Assembly: GCA_963708075.1 (NCBI GenBank)
Contig: OY970194.1
Coordinates: 4,960,001 to 5,024,000 of the forward strand
Reading direction: 5' to 3'
DNA: 64,000 bases
From: Sedimentisphaerales bacterium
GTDB taxonomy: Bacteria; Planctomycetota; Phycisphaerae; Sedimentisphaerales; Anaerobacaceae
Shown: positions 52,017 through 61,352 of the stretch, piece after piece
Layout: every line of letters begins with the position of its first letter
Numbering within the stretch: the first letter of the stretch is position 1
Translations under genes and position numbers: made by a program
Notes under the pieces: generated by a model
The model's input: only the letters and a program-made list of their open reading frames with translations
Database searches by the model: none
What the model was told of the DNA's origin: nothing

Positions 52017-54035
52017 ATGGAAACTGCGAATATCCTGGCTATCGATTTCGGCACGACGAACACGTACTTCAGCAAGTGTCCGGCGGACCAGATTTCGCCC
52101 GTCGGGATCGATTTCGGCACGGGGCGGGACGGCCTGCCGACAGCCATCCTCTACCGTGGCGAGCGCGAGCCGCTGGTGGGCGAGCCGGCGCTGCACGAGT
52201 ACGGCGAAGCCTCGCCCGAGGAGCGTGCGGGCTATCAGCTCCGCACACAGTTCAAGCCGGACATTGTCGAGAGCCGCGAGGCGGCAAAAGCCGCAACGGA
52301 TTTCCTGCGTGTCGTGGTCGCCCAGGCGCAGCGCCAGCATATCGCGCTGGACCCTGCAAAGTATGATGTCATCTGCGGCGTTCCGAGCGAAGCACAGGAC
52401 CCCTTTCGAACGAAGCTGTCACAAATCGCCCGGACCGCCGGGTACGGCGACGTGCGGCTCGTCGATGAGCCCAAGGGCGCCCTGCTGCATCACCTCTGGC
52501 ACAAGGATTTCTCCCCGGGGGAGGCCCGCCGGGGCATCCTCGTCATCGACTTCGGCGGCGGGACCTGCGACTTCGCCCTGCTCCAGAGCCTTCAGGTCAC
52601 CCACTCCTGGGGCGATATGGAATTAGGCGGCCGGCTCTTCGACGATCTGTTCTTTCAATGGTTCGTCGAGCAGAACCCCGCGGCGCCGAAGGCCATGGAG
52701 AAGGCGGGGGATGCATACTACGTGCACTCGTACTTGTGCCGCGAGGTCAAGGAGTTCTTCTCGCTGACGATGGCGCGGGACCGCACTGAGACGATCAACA
52801 AATCCATCGGACGCTACGGCAGCCTGAAGGGCATGACCTGGGCCGGCTTTCTCGACCGGGCCCAGCGCTATACGCCGAGCCCCACGTTTATCCGTCATAT
52901 GCAGGACATGGGCGTCCGGACGGACAGATTCCGGATTGGAATCAAGGGCACCGATTCCGAATCCGCAATCCGCAATCCGCAATCCGCAATCGATCTTATT
53001 GGCTGGTTCCGTATGTCCCTGTCCCAGGGGTTGTCCGAGCAGGCGGTGGATTCGAGCCAGATCAGCCGGGTGATCCTGGCGGGCGGGAGCAGTCAATGGC
53101 CCTTCGTGCCCGACGTGGTGACCGAGACGCTCGGGGTCGAGCGGTCGTGCCTGATGCGAAGCGACCGGCCCTACGCGGTGATCGCGCAGGGCTTGTCCAT
53201 CCTGCCCGCGCTGCAGAAGAAGTTCGATGAGACAAGGGATAAGCTTCGCAGCGATTTGCCCCAATTCTGCCGGATGCGCGTGCGGCCGCTGGTGGAGCGG
53301 GTGACCGATAGCTACGTCGCCGGCGTCGCCGCCGATGTCACGTCGGAGCTGTTCGACAAGGCGATCCGGCCGATCCTGGAACAGTTCAGACAGCAGGGGG
53401 GCTCGACGCGGGCGCTGCGGGAGTCCATCGCCGCCGAGGTGAAGGCACATGAGGGCAGACTTCGCGAGATCATCGAGGACCGGATGCAGACGCTTCGGCG
53501 CGGGCTGCCGGGCCAGCTCAATGAGATGCTCAAGGCGTGGTTCGAGTCCTACGGGCTCAGTGTAGGCGAGAGGCCCATCCAAGAGGCGCAGCAGGTGTCG
53601 GTTCCAGAGGAGATGATTCAGCCGATTTCGCCGGACCTGTACGGCGCGGTTATGGAAACGGTGGGATGGTTCGTCGTCGCGCTGGCGACCACGGCCGGCG
53701 CCGCGATCCTCGGTGGCGGAGGCATCCACCTGCTCGCCGCGGGTCCCGTCGGATGGATCGCCGGGGCGGTCCTCAGCGCCGTCGTGGCCTTCCTCGCCGT
53801 CCGTTACGGCATCGCACGGGCTCAGGAAATCGCCGAAACCTGGAACGCGCCCGCCTGGCTCGTCAAAAACGTCCTCCTGCCCTCCAGAATCGCCAGGATG
53901 CGGACGGACTTCCAGCAACGGCTCCAGGAAACCCTCCGTCGCGAGACTACCGCCCTCCAGACTCAGCTCGAAGAGAAGATCGGCGAAATCACCGAACGCC
54001 AAATCGACGGCCTTTCCGAAATCGCCCAACTATAA
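52017..54035 (+). CDS. Hsp70-family ATPase with helical and TM C-terminal region (atypical DnaK-like)
   Basis: AIDFGTTNT, LVDEP, VIDFGGGTCDF, LGGRLFD, ILAGGSS; no DnaK substrate-binding domain recognised; GPVGWIAG TM hairpin. Confidence 0.85.
   Translation: METANILAIDFGTTNTYFSKCPADQISPVGIDFGTGRDGLPTAILYRGEREPLVGEPALHEYGEASPEERAGYQLRTQFKPDIVESREAAKAATDFLRVVVAQAQRQHIALDPAKYDVICGVPSEAQDPFRTKLSQIARTAGYGDVRLVDEPKGALLHHLWHKDFSPGEARRGILVIDFGGGTCDFALLQSLQVTHSWGDMELGGRLFDDLFFQWFVEQNPAAPKAMEKAGDAYYVHSYLCREVKEFFSLTMARDRTETINKSIGRYGSLKGMTWAGFLDRAQRYTPSPTFIRHMQDMGVRTDRFRIGIKGTDSESAIRNPQSAIDLIGWFRMSLSQGLSEQAVDSSQISRVILAGGSSQWPFVPDVVTETLGVERSCLMRSDRPYAVIAQGLSILPALQKKFDETRDKLRSDLPQFCRMRVRPLVERVTDSYVAGVAADVTSELFDKAIRPILEQFRQQGGSTRALRESIAAEVKAHEGRLREIIEDRMQTLRRGLPGQLNEMLKAWFESYGLSVGERPIQEAQQVSVPEEMIQPISPDLYGAVMETVGWFVVALATTAGAAILGGGGIHLLAAGPVGWIAGAVLSAVVAFLAVRYGIARAQEIAETWNAPAWLVKNVLLPSRIARMRTDFQQRLQETLRRETTALQTQLEEKIGEITERQIDGLSEIAQL
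52960..52987 (+). repeat. AATCCGC heptamer array x4 inside the Hsp70-like CDS
   Basis: aatccgc x4; encodes SAIRNPQSAI. Confidence 0.9.
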
Positions 54036-54104
54036 TCACACCGTGCGGTTCCCTCCCCAGGCAGCGAGCTGCCCGAGCGGATCATCATACAGGAACAGCC
54101 GCTA

Positions 54105-55250
54105 AGTAGGTAGCCAAAAGTTTTCACAGGAACGATTCTCTTCGCGTGTATGATGGGGTACATGCGAAGAACGAAGAGCGCCTCAGAACGTGGTTTCGAT
54201 CGATATGATAAACATCGTCTTACGCGGGCCTTACAGGGGGTCGCTGACATTCGCACCTACCGGCGTATCGAAGCGATCCTGTTGGTGGCCCAGGGTCGGA
54301 CGGTTCCGGAAGCAGCGCAGATCACCGGGACCCGGCCGTGGAGCGTCTATCGCTGGGTGCGGGCCTATCTGCACACCCATTGTCCAGACCGCCTGCAGGA
54401 CGCACCGCGTTCCGGACGGCCTCCGGTCGCCACGCCGATCACGGACGCCCGTCTGGTACGCGAGTTCCGCCGGGACCCGATGCGTTTGGGCTATCGCGCC
54501 ACGGGTTGGACGGTGTCCTTGCTGGCAGATCACCTCCAGCAAAGGTACGGGTGTGCAATCTCGCCTCGTACCCTGCGGCGGCGGATGCGGGACTTGGATC
54601 TGCGGTGGAAACGTCCCCGGTATGTCTATGCGACCAAGGACCCGAACCGAGCCCAGAAAAAGGGGGCCTGGTTCGCCGCCTGAAACGGATGCCGGCGCTG
54701 GCGGTGCTGTTGTTTTCGGATGCGACCATCCTCCGCTGGTTTCCGCCCTTGCGCTATGTGTGGGCGTTTCGCGGCGAACAGGCGCAGGTCAAGATCACGG
54801 GTCAAAACGACAAACGGGTTCTGTTCGGCACGATCAATCCACGAACCGGACACCGGGTGGTCCTGCGTCGGCCCCGCCAGCGGCAAGAGGACTTTCAAGC
54901 CTTCCTGCGGGAGTTGCGGCGACGGTATCCCGGACGCCCGATTTGGCTGTTGCTGGACAAGGCCTCTTTTCATCAGGCGATCAAAAGCCAACGACTGGCC
55001 ACCCACTTGGAGGTGACCCTCTTGTGGTTGCCGAAGCAGTGCCCGGAACTGAACTCTCAGGATCATCTCTGGAAGGAGTTGAAACGGTTGATTGCGGCCA
55101 ATCGCCAGTTCCAAACGATTGATGATGAGGCGGCCTACGCGGAACAGTGGCTCTTGGGACTAACTGCGACCCAGGGCCTCCGCAAAGCCGGTGTCTTGTC
55201 GGCGGATTTCTGGCTCAAGGCTTTTGTGTGAAGACTTTTGGCTACCTACT
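54105..55250 (+). mobile_element. IS630-family insertion sequence, complete
   Basis: 24-bp TIRs (AGTAGGTAGCCAAAAGTTTTCACA / TGTGAAGACTTTTGGCTACCTACT, 1 mismatch); TA duplication in a CTAG target. Confidence 0.95.
54150..55231 (+). CDS. IS630 transposase, two ORFs joined by a -1 frameshift
   Basis: OrfA HTH (PRSGRP, WT...LA, WKRPR) 54150-54683; -1 frame catalytic domain FSDAT / LLLDKASFH / PELNSQDHLW; slippery AAAAAGGGGG 54657-54666. Confidence 0.9.
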
Positions 55251-55440
55251 TAGTCTCCGCCATCGACGTCTGCCGGATGTTCGATCAGCACAAGACCGGC
55301 TGGACGAAACTGGAGCTACGGCCGTAACAAGGGAGAGTGTGAAGTGGCAAGTTTGAAGTGCGAGGCTGAAGAGCGTGGCTTGAGACTCCCGCCTTCACAT
55401 TTCAACCTTCGAACCTGAAACCGTCTTCTGACTAGGGTCC

Positions 55441-56655
55441 CTACGCGGTGTCCATCTGGTCGATATAGGTCTTCATCCGGGCCAGGCGGGCCTTGAAGGC
55501 GTTGTACAGGCCGTCGGAATTCTCGCGCAGCGTGCGCTTGGAGTTCGTGTGCGGATTGACGGACGTGGCGTAATCCGCCTGCTTGATGATCTCCGGCGGG
55601 ATGGAGTCGGCGCCGGACAGGGCCCCGGAGATGCCCCCGGCGACGGCGGTGAGGCAATCGGTGTCCCGGCCCATGTTCACGCCGGCTTTCATCGCCTCCC
55701 ACGTGTTGCCCTTCGTCATTCGCAGGACGCAGATGGCCTTGGTGACAATCTCGTTGGCGTAGCTGTGGGCGTAGACGATCCCCGTGCCGCTGTAGAGGGC
55801 GTCGAATTTCTGGCGCATCTGGCGCACGTCGCCGCAATCGGCCGTGTGCTTCAGGGCCCGCTCGATCTCGCCACGAATGCCCGCCGGGCGGAAGAAACGG
55901 GTATCCACCTTATCGCAGTTGTCGAAGACCGCCCCGATCACGCTGTCCACGGTGGCGCCGCTCTTCGTGGCAGCGGCGATGGCCGTGACGGTGACCTCGG
56001 CCCAGAGAATGCCCCGGCTGTTGGCCGTATTGTAGAGCTGACCGACCTCGCGAATGTCGTCGATGGCTCCTCGGATGTCGCCCGCGTTGATCAGGCCGAT
56101 CGGGTGGCACGAGCGCGAGAGGGAGACCAGGCCGGAGTAGTCGCAGTATTTGCCGATATCACAGGCCGGGATATGCGTCTTGGCCATCGCCAGCAGCGCC
56201 CCCTCGAACGGCTCGGAGACCAGCCCGGCCGCGTTGGGATTCATGTGGTCCACCCACGCGCGGCGCAGGTCCTCCGCATCGATGCGGTCCTGCTTCTCAA
56301 GGATCGCGGTGATCATGAGCTTCTGCCGCTCGACGCCGTCTTCGGTCGTCCCGGGCTCGCGGACCCAGTCTTTCTTGCCGTAGTGTGAGTACGGCAGCAG
56401 CTTATCCAGCAGCCCATGCTCCTTCTCGATCCGCTCATACGACCACCCTTCCACCGGCGCCCCCATGGCCGAGCCGATGTGACAGCCGGCGATGCACCCG
56501 AAGAACTTGTCGCGCAGGCTGATCCCGCCCGCATTTGCCCTGGCCTCCTTCGGCGACTCCGCCCCGAGCGCCTTGCCCGCCGAGACTGCCGCGGCAGTCG
56601 CCATTGTCCCTGCCAGGAATGATCGCCGTGCCATCGTTTCGCCATGCCCGTTCAT
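55441..56655 (-). CDS. ADP-ribosylglycohydrolase family protein with Tat-like signal
   Basis: ARRSFL signal; G...GSAMGAPVEG, GTTEDG, NMGRDTDC.TAVAGGISGA. Confidence 0.85.
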   Translation of the reverse strand: MNGHGETMARRSFLAGTMATAAAVSAGKALGAESPKEARANAGGISLRDKFFGCIAGCHIGSAMGAPVEGWSYERIEKEHGLLDKLLPYSHYGKKDWVREPGTTEDGVERQKLMITAILEKQDRIDAEDLRRAWVDHMNPNAAGLVSEPFEGALLAMAKTHIPACDIGKYCDYSGLVSLSRSCHPIGLINAGDIRGAIDDIREVGQLYNTANSRGILWAEVTVTAIAAATKSGATVDSVIGAVFDNCDKVDTRFFRPAGIRGEIERALKHTADCGDVRQMRQKFDALYSGTGIVYAHSYANEIVTKAICVLRMTKGNTWEAMKAGVNMGRDTDCLTAVAGGISGALSGADSIPPEIIKQADYATSVNPHTNSKRTLRENSDGLYNAFKARLARMKTYIDQMDTA

Positions 56656-56834
56656 GTGTCACCTCATCCCAGAGCGATTCCCAATCATGTTCACCCACAT
56701 CAAATGCCGGCAATTGCCGGGTCCCATCATATGTCGTGCCCCGAGAAAGGCAAGAGAAGACCTGGCGTACGGACCCGAGGGCTACCCCGCCACTACGTGG
56801 CCAAGCAGGCCGGCCCTTTCGAGGTGGAAACCAC

Positions 56835-56919
56835 GGGTGGCAGCGCCAAGCGGAGGTTGCTGATGGTGTCAGGGCGCAACCAAGAGCCATCGGCAAACTG
56901 ACGCTTGCCGCTGCCACCC
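56835..56919. repeat. GGGTGGCA-family inverted-repeat element, intergenic copy
   Basis: GGGTGGCAGCGCCAAGCG..TTGCTGATGG ... CCATCGGCAA..CGCTTGCCGCTGCCACCC. Confidence 0.85.
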
Positions 56920-57001
56920 ATTGTCGGTGACACTCGACTTGTTGTAATGCATTAGCTCACAAAGGCTTATGCGTCACCTGGATGGGGGCCGCCGAACCGG
57001 C

Positions 57002-58312
57002 CTATCGCGCCTCACCGAGACCTTCGAGGATCGCCTGGACGAACAGGGGCGCGGCCGGTGCGCTGGTGGCGGTGATGATGAGACCGTCTTTCTCCACGGC
57101 GTTGCCTGTGTAGTTGCCGCCCCCCTGCGCGATTCGAACCTGTTCCGGGAGGTATCCGGTCACTCGCACCCCCTTGAGGATACCGGCATTGGCCAGAACG
57201 CTGGGAGCTGTCCCGATGGCGGCCACAACCTTCCTCTGGTCGGCTGCCTGACGGATGAGATTCGTGGCTGCCGGGTTGCTGAAGTATTCCACGGCACCGG
57301 CCCCGCCGATGAAGACAATCGCGCCGTAATCGTTGACCTTCGCCTGGTTGAGCAGCAGATCGACGTTTGCGGTGCCTCCGAGCATGCCGGTAATCGTGGT
57401 CAACCGCGTGCTGGCGACCTGGACGGGCACACCCGCAAGCTCCAGGGCTCGCTTGGTTTCAAACAACTCCTGGTCCTGGAACTGCTGCGGCGGCACGACG
57501 AGCAGCACTCTTTTGCTGCCCGGCTGGGCTACTGTCGATTGCCCGGCGGTTGCAGCGGCCGTTGTGCCCGCCGGATAGCCGACCAGAAGGAGGCAGAGTG
57601 GATCCACGCCCTTCGGCAGCCGGGCCACCCGCCGGGCACTATTCAGATTCACGGTGTCGACACTGGCAAACGTCAGACCCAGCGCCATGGCCTGGAGTTG
57701 AATGTTCTGGGCCGCCTGCCCAGCCTGCAGCAACATGGCAGTCCGTGCCTGCACGCCGTACTGAACAGAGAAGTCCCGCAACGAGGCTGCCAGCACAATC
57801 TGGGCACCGCCGATCGGCGCACCGGGTCGATTCATAAGGGCGGTCACCAGGGGTTGACGCTCATCCTCTATCGAGGTCTGCTGCAGCGAATGATCAGTCG
57901 GGTTGTATGAGTACACGCCGTCCGGCAGGAGGAAGTACAACCTCATCGCAGGCAACGGGCTGGGCGTCAGCGAGGCCGCAGCGCCACGAGGCACTCGTAC
58001 ACCCTGCGCCGCCCAGGCGAGTTGCCCGATGGCTGAAAACTCCAGACGCTGGTCCGAGGGCACCGACGCCCGCTGCTGTGCGAGCAGCGCCTGCTCCAGG
58101 TAAACCGTGCCGCTGGTCGTCGGCTCAGGAAGTTGCACCGTCTTGAGCCGCGGGGCGCCCATGGTGCGGAGCCGCTTCGTCGGCTGCGTCGGCTGCGTCG
58201 GCCGGGCCTGCCCCCAGGAGAAGGCGGCGAGCGTCAAAATGATCACAAGCGGTGCATACAGGCTCTGAGAGCATCGCGCAACACGATTGGCGAGAGAAGT
58301 CCGGCCCTTCAT
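57002..58312 (-). CDS. Nitroreductase-like (SagB-type) plus DJ-1/PfpI fusion protein
   Basis: LEQAL, QLAWAAQG, AGQAAQNIQLQA.ALGL; FQDQEL, IVFIGGAG, DGLIITA; signal-like N-terminus. Confidence 0.8.
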   Translation of the reverse strand: MKGRTSLANRVARCSQSLYAPLVIILTLAAFSWGQARPTQPTQPTKRLRTMGAPRLKTVQLPEPTTSGTVYLEQALLAQQRASVPSDQRLEFSAIGQLAWAAQGVRVPRGAAASLTPSPLPAMRLYFLLPDGVYSYNPTDHSLQQTSIEDERQPLVTALMNRPGAPIGGAQIVLAASLRDFSVQYGVQARTAMLLQAGQAAQNIQLQAMALGLTFASVDTVNLNSARRVARLPKGVDPLCLLLVGYPAGTTAAATAGQSTVAQPGSKRVLLVVPPQQFQDQELFETKRALELAGVPVQVASTRLTTITGMLGGTANVDLLLNQAKVNDYGAIVFIGGAGAVEYFSNPAATNLIRQAADQRKVVAAIGTAPSVLANAGILKGVRVTGYLPEQVRIAQGGGNYTGNAVEKDGLIITATSAPAAPLFVQAILEGLGEAR

Positions 58313-58470
58313 TTTCTTATCCTCCCATCAGGGTTACAATGGTCACAGCCAACCCATTATACCGCAATTCATGACTTATGCTACCCTCAGGCGCGAATCG
58401 CTGGTATAATCGCTGGACTACTCTCCATTTTGCAGAAGTTCAGTTAAGTGGAACTCTGGGGGACGATTTG

Positions 58471-59226
58471 ATGGCTTTCCTTTGGCGACAGAAAGCGGTG
58501 GTTGCGGTCCTGGTGCTGTACTGGCCTACGCTATTCGTGCTGGCCCATATTCCCGTGCCGCAGGTTGTCCGCCGGGCTCACGTATACGACAAGAGTCTGC
58601 ATCTGCTCGCCTACATGATCCTGACATTCCTGCTGTGGTCGGCGATCAAGCCGCTCGAGCGCGTATGTTGGCGCAGGGCCGCCGTCTGGTGCCTGCTGGC
58701 CGTGGTGATCGTATATGGCATGTGCGATGAATGGCTGCAATACCAGATAGGCAGTCGTTCGATGGACCCAACGGACTTTGCCGCCGATGTGATCGGGGCC
58801 GTGGCGACACTGGGCATGCTGACCGTCCTGTCATTCTGGCCGACCTCAATAATCATCGCCGGGACGACGATCTACACCCTGGCCGTCTTCACCCGGGCCA
58901 ACCTCACGGCCCTTCTGCCGGTGACGATGACGGTATTCCACCTGATGACGCATGCTGTCTTCACGCTCCTGTGGATAGGGTATCTGCGCCAGCGGTTGTA
59001 TCTGCGGAGGAATAGCCGCTTGTGGGTTGCCGCATCGCTGTCCCTGCCGCTGGCGCTCGTGGTGATCACCAAGGTCAGCGCAACGATCTCCGGCAAGGCG
59101 TTCGAGGGCTGGGATATGATCGCGGCTGTGGCCGGCATCTTCGGCGCCGTCGCCGCGATATGGATTGCCGGCGTGCTCCAGCGGAGGACTGCCCGGCAGG
59201 CAGAACCATTTGGGGCGGAGGGTTAG
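58471..59226 (+). CDS. VanZ-family membrane protein
   Basis: DKSLHLLAY, YGMCDEWLQ, R..D..DFAADVIG; extra TM segments. Confidence 0.85.
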   Translation: MAFLWRQKAVVAVLVLYWPTLFVLAHIPVPQVVRRAHVYDKSLHLLAYMILTFLLWSAIKPLERVCWRRAAVWCLLAVVIVYGMCDEWLQYQIGSRSMDPTDFAADVIGAVATLGMLTVLSFWPTSIIIAGTTIYTLAVFTRANLTALLPVTMTVFHLMTHAVFTLLWIGYLRQRLYLRRNSRLWVAASLSLPLALVVITKVSATISGKAFEGWDMIAAVAGIFGAVAAIWIAGVLQRRTARQAEPFGAEG

Positions 59227-59228
59227 GA

Positions 59229-59482
59229 GTGGAGTTCTGCAAAATGGAAGTTGGGCTTATTATTCAAGGAAATCGGCTTTGGGATTTCCTTGAATCGACA
59301 AGCTGTTCGTGTGTGTTGCATACTCCGAGTGGGCCTTTTTTGCCGCGTGTGGCAAGGCAATCTCCCGTCGCTTTCCAGAATACGTATCATGGATCGTTGG
59401 CATCTGTTGTTGAGGAAGGAAAAATGAAAATCGCATTTTTCCTTCCCCAAGTAAGCCCAACTTCCATTTTGCAGAACTCCAC
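59229..59482. mobile_element. MITE-like non-autonomous element, 254 bp
   Basis: Perfect 31-bp TIRs GTGGAGTTCTGCAAAATGGAAGTTGGGCTTA; AT-rich non-coding interior. Confidence 0.75.
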
Positions 59483-60700
59483 CTATGGCTTCCTGAAGGG
59501 CCTGTACAGCGGGTCGCCGAGCAGGAGCATCTGCCAGGAATTGAATGGATTGGTGCGGTAGTAGGCTTCCGCGAGGCAGCGGCCTTCAAACAGCTCGTTG
59601 AAGAACGCCCTGGGCTCGGGGAAGGCGGGCAGGTAGGGCTCGGCCACGGGTCCGAGCGTGGCGGTGATCCCGTGCATCAGCAGGGCCGGACACCACTCGG
59701 TGCTGTTCGGGTCGTGGAGGTTGACGGCCTCGAAACTGGCGATGTGGAACCCAACGGCCCCATCGACGAACCGGAATGAATCGACATATTTCCTCACGCT
59801 GTACCAGCCGCAGTACAAGGCCACCTGGGGACAACCGTCCGGCGGGAACAACGCCTGCGTCGATTCCTCCTGCACGGCCAGTGGCGTTCGAAGGCGCGTC
59901 AAGATGGCCGCGTCGCGCAGAGACTGATCGTAATAGCCGTAGGCGTCGTTGCCGAAGAGTCCCCGCGAATCGACGTAGGCCGCGCCGGCCAGAGGTTTCT
60001 GCTCAGCCGCCATGGCCTTGTCGATCAGTCCCTTGGCAATCCCGTAGTTGGGGCCGTCGAGCCGGCAAACCATCATGGTCTTGAATGGCTGCGGCTCAGG
60101 GCTGCGCAATCGGTTCGGCTGCCAGCGATACAGATCGTATACGGGGCATAGCACCAGGGACAACTCGCTGTCCACGGATGCGTCGGTTTCCTTGCCGAGG
60201 ATGCGGTCCATGTCCATCTGAAGCTGAGCCAGGCGCATCTGCCGCTGCTGGTATTCTGTCGAGCCGGTGGCTCCCGTGGCCTCCAACCGGGCGATGGCGT
60301 CCTTCTCCTGCTGGTGCGATTGGCGCAGTTGTTTCAACTCGCGATCCATTCCAGTGGAGGGCTCGCATCGGCCTACCTTGTATGGCACGCCGTAGGTGGT
60401 CACAAGACACTTGATGTGCTGCAGGTCCTTTCGCGTCGTGAGAACGGCGCGGACGGGCCCGGCCAGCCGCTTGTCATAGTCGCCCCGGCTGATGAAGTCC
60501 CGAAGCTGCGGACCCAGCTTTACCGGGACTATGTTGCCCGACGGCACGCCCCGCTTCTCACAATAGTACCGGGCGAGCCTCGTCGAAGCCGGGTAGTCGG
60601 TGTTCGCAATGACGAGGATTTCCGCCGGCTCCAACGCCCAGGCGAGCTGGGACCAGCCGATGATGAAGGGGAGAAATACCGCTGCACGTTTCCACATCAC
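59483..60700 (-). CDS. TIGR03790 family protein
   Basis: LVIAN...S..LARYY...RGVP, ASVDSELS, RLDGP, YCGWY, GAVGFHIASF, T.GPVAEPYL.AFP, LLGDPLYRPF. Confidence 0.85.
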   Translation of the reverse strand: MMWKRAAVFLPFIIGWSQLAWALEPAEILVIANTDYPASTRLARYYCEKRGVPSGNIVPVKLGPQLRDFISRGDYDKRLAGPVRAVLTTRKDLQHIKCLVTTYGVPYKVGRCEPSTGMDRELKQLRQSHQQEKDAIARLEATGATGSTEYQQRQMRLAQLQMDMDRILGKETDASVDSELSLVLCPVYDLYRWQPNRLRSPEPQPFKTMMVCRLDGPNYGIAKGLIDKAMAAEQKPLAGAAYVDSRGLFGNDAYGYYDQSLRDAAILTRLRTPLAVQEESTQALFPPDGCPQVALYCGWYSVRKYVDSFRFVDGAVGFHIASFEAVNLHDPNSTEWCPALLMHGITATLGPVAEPYLPAFPEPRAFFNELFEGRCLAEAYYRTNPFNSWQMLLLGDPLYRPFRKP

Positions 60701-60703
60701 AGA

Positions 60704-61345
60704 TCACCCACGGCAATCGTCTTCTTTCAAGTCAGAGGCCGCCTCGCCGCGGGTGGCTTCCGCCTGGGAGTACCGCTTCTCGTAGACTCCGCCTCGCGAA
60801 AACACTCGCGTGGCCGTGGCGAGAAGGATGCGGCAATCCAGCCGGAATCCCGCCTGCTCCACGTATTTCGCGTCGAGTTCAAGCTTCTCTTCGATAGTCA
60901 ACGCAGCCCTGCCGGAAATCTGCGCCAGGCCCGTCAGCCCCGGCTTGACGAGCAGCCGCGTCTTTTGCCGCTCGTTCCATTCGCGAACCTGCGACATGTA
61001 CAATGGCCGCGGACCGACGAGGCTCATATCGCCTTCAATGATATTCAACAACTGGGGCAACTCATCCAGGGAGTGTTCCCGCAGGAACCTGCCGAGCCGC
61101 GTCAGACGCGGGTCTTGCCCGGATTTCGGGCTGGGCCCGAATGGGTCCACGTCCAGTCTCATCGTCCTGAACTTATAGAGCATGAAGGGCCTGCCGGCCC
61201 TGCCCGCCCGCTCCTGCCGGAAGATCGCCGGCCCCCGGCTGCCCAGCCGGATCACAACGGCGATGGCCAGCAGCAGCGGGGAGAGGATCACCAACAGCAC
61301 GCCGGCAATCAGGACGTCGAATGCTCTCTTGAGAAGCTCGTACAT
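60704..61345 (-). CDS. Undecaprenyl-phosphate sugar phosphotransferase (initiating, PglC-like)
   Basis: KRAFD, F.QER.G, YKFRTM, SLDELPQL, GDMSLVGPRP, KPGLTGLAQ. Confidence 0.92.
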   Translation of the reverse strand: MYELLKRAFDVLIAGVLLVILSPLLLAIAVVIRLGSRGPAIFRQERAGRAGRPFMLYKFRTMRLDVDPFGPSPKSGQDPRLTRLGRFLREHSLDELPQLLNIIEGDMSLVGPRPLYMSQVREWNERQKTRLLVKPGLTGLAQISGRAALTIEEKLELDAKYVEQAGFRLDCRILLATATRVFSRGGVYEKRYSQAEATRGEAASDLKEDDCRG

Positions 61346-61352
61346 CGATTCC

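Noticed and set aside
55330..55425. Degenerate heptamer-like tracts (gtgtgaa/gtttgaa ... cttcaca/tttcaac)
   Set aside because: Too degenerate to define units; at most a weak inverted structure downstream of the ARH gene.
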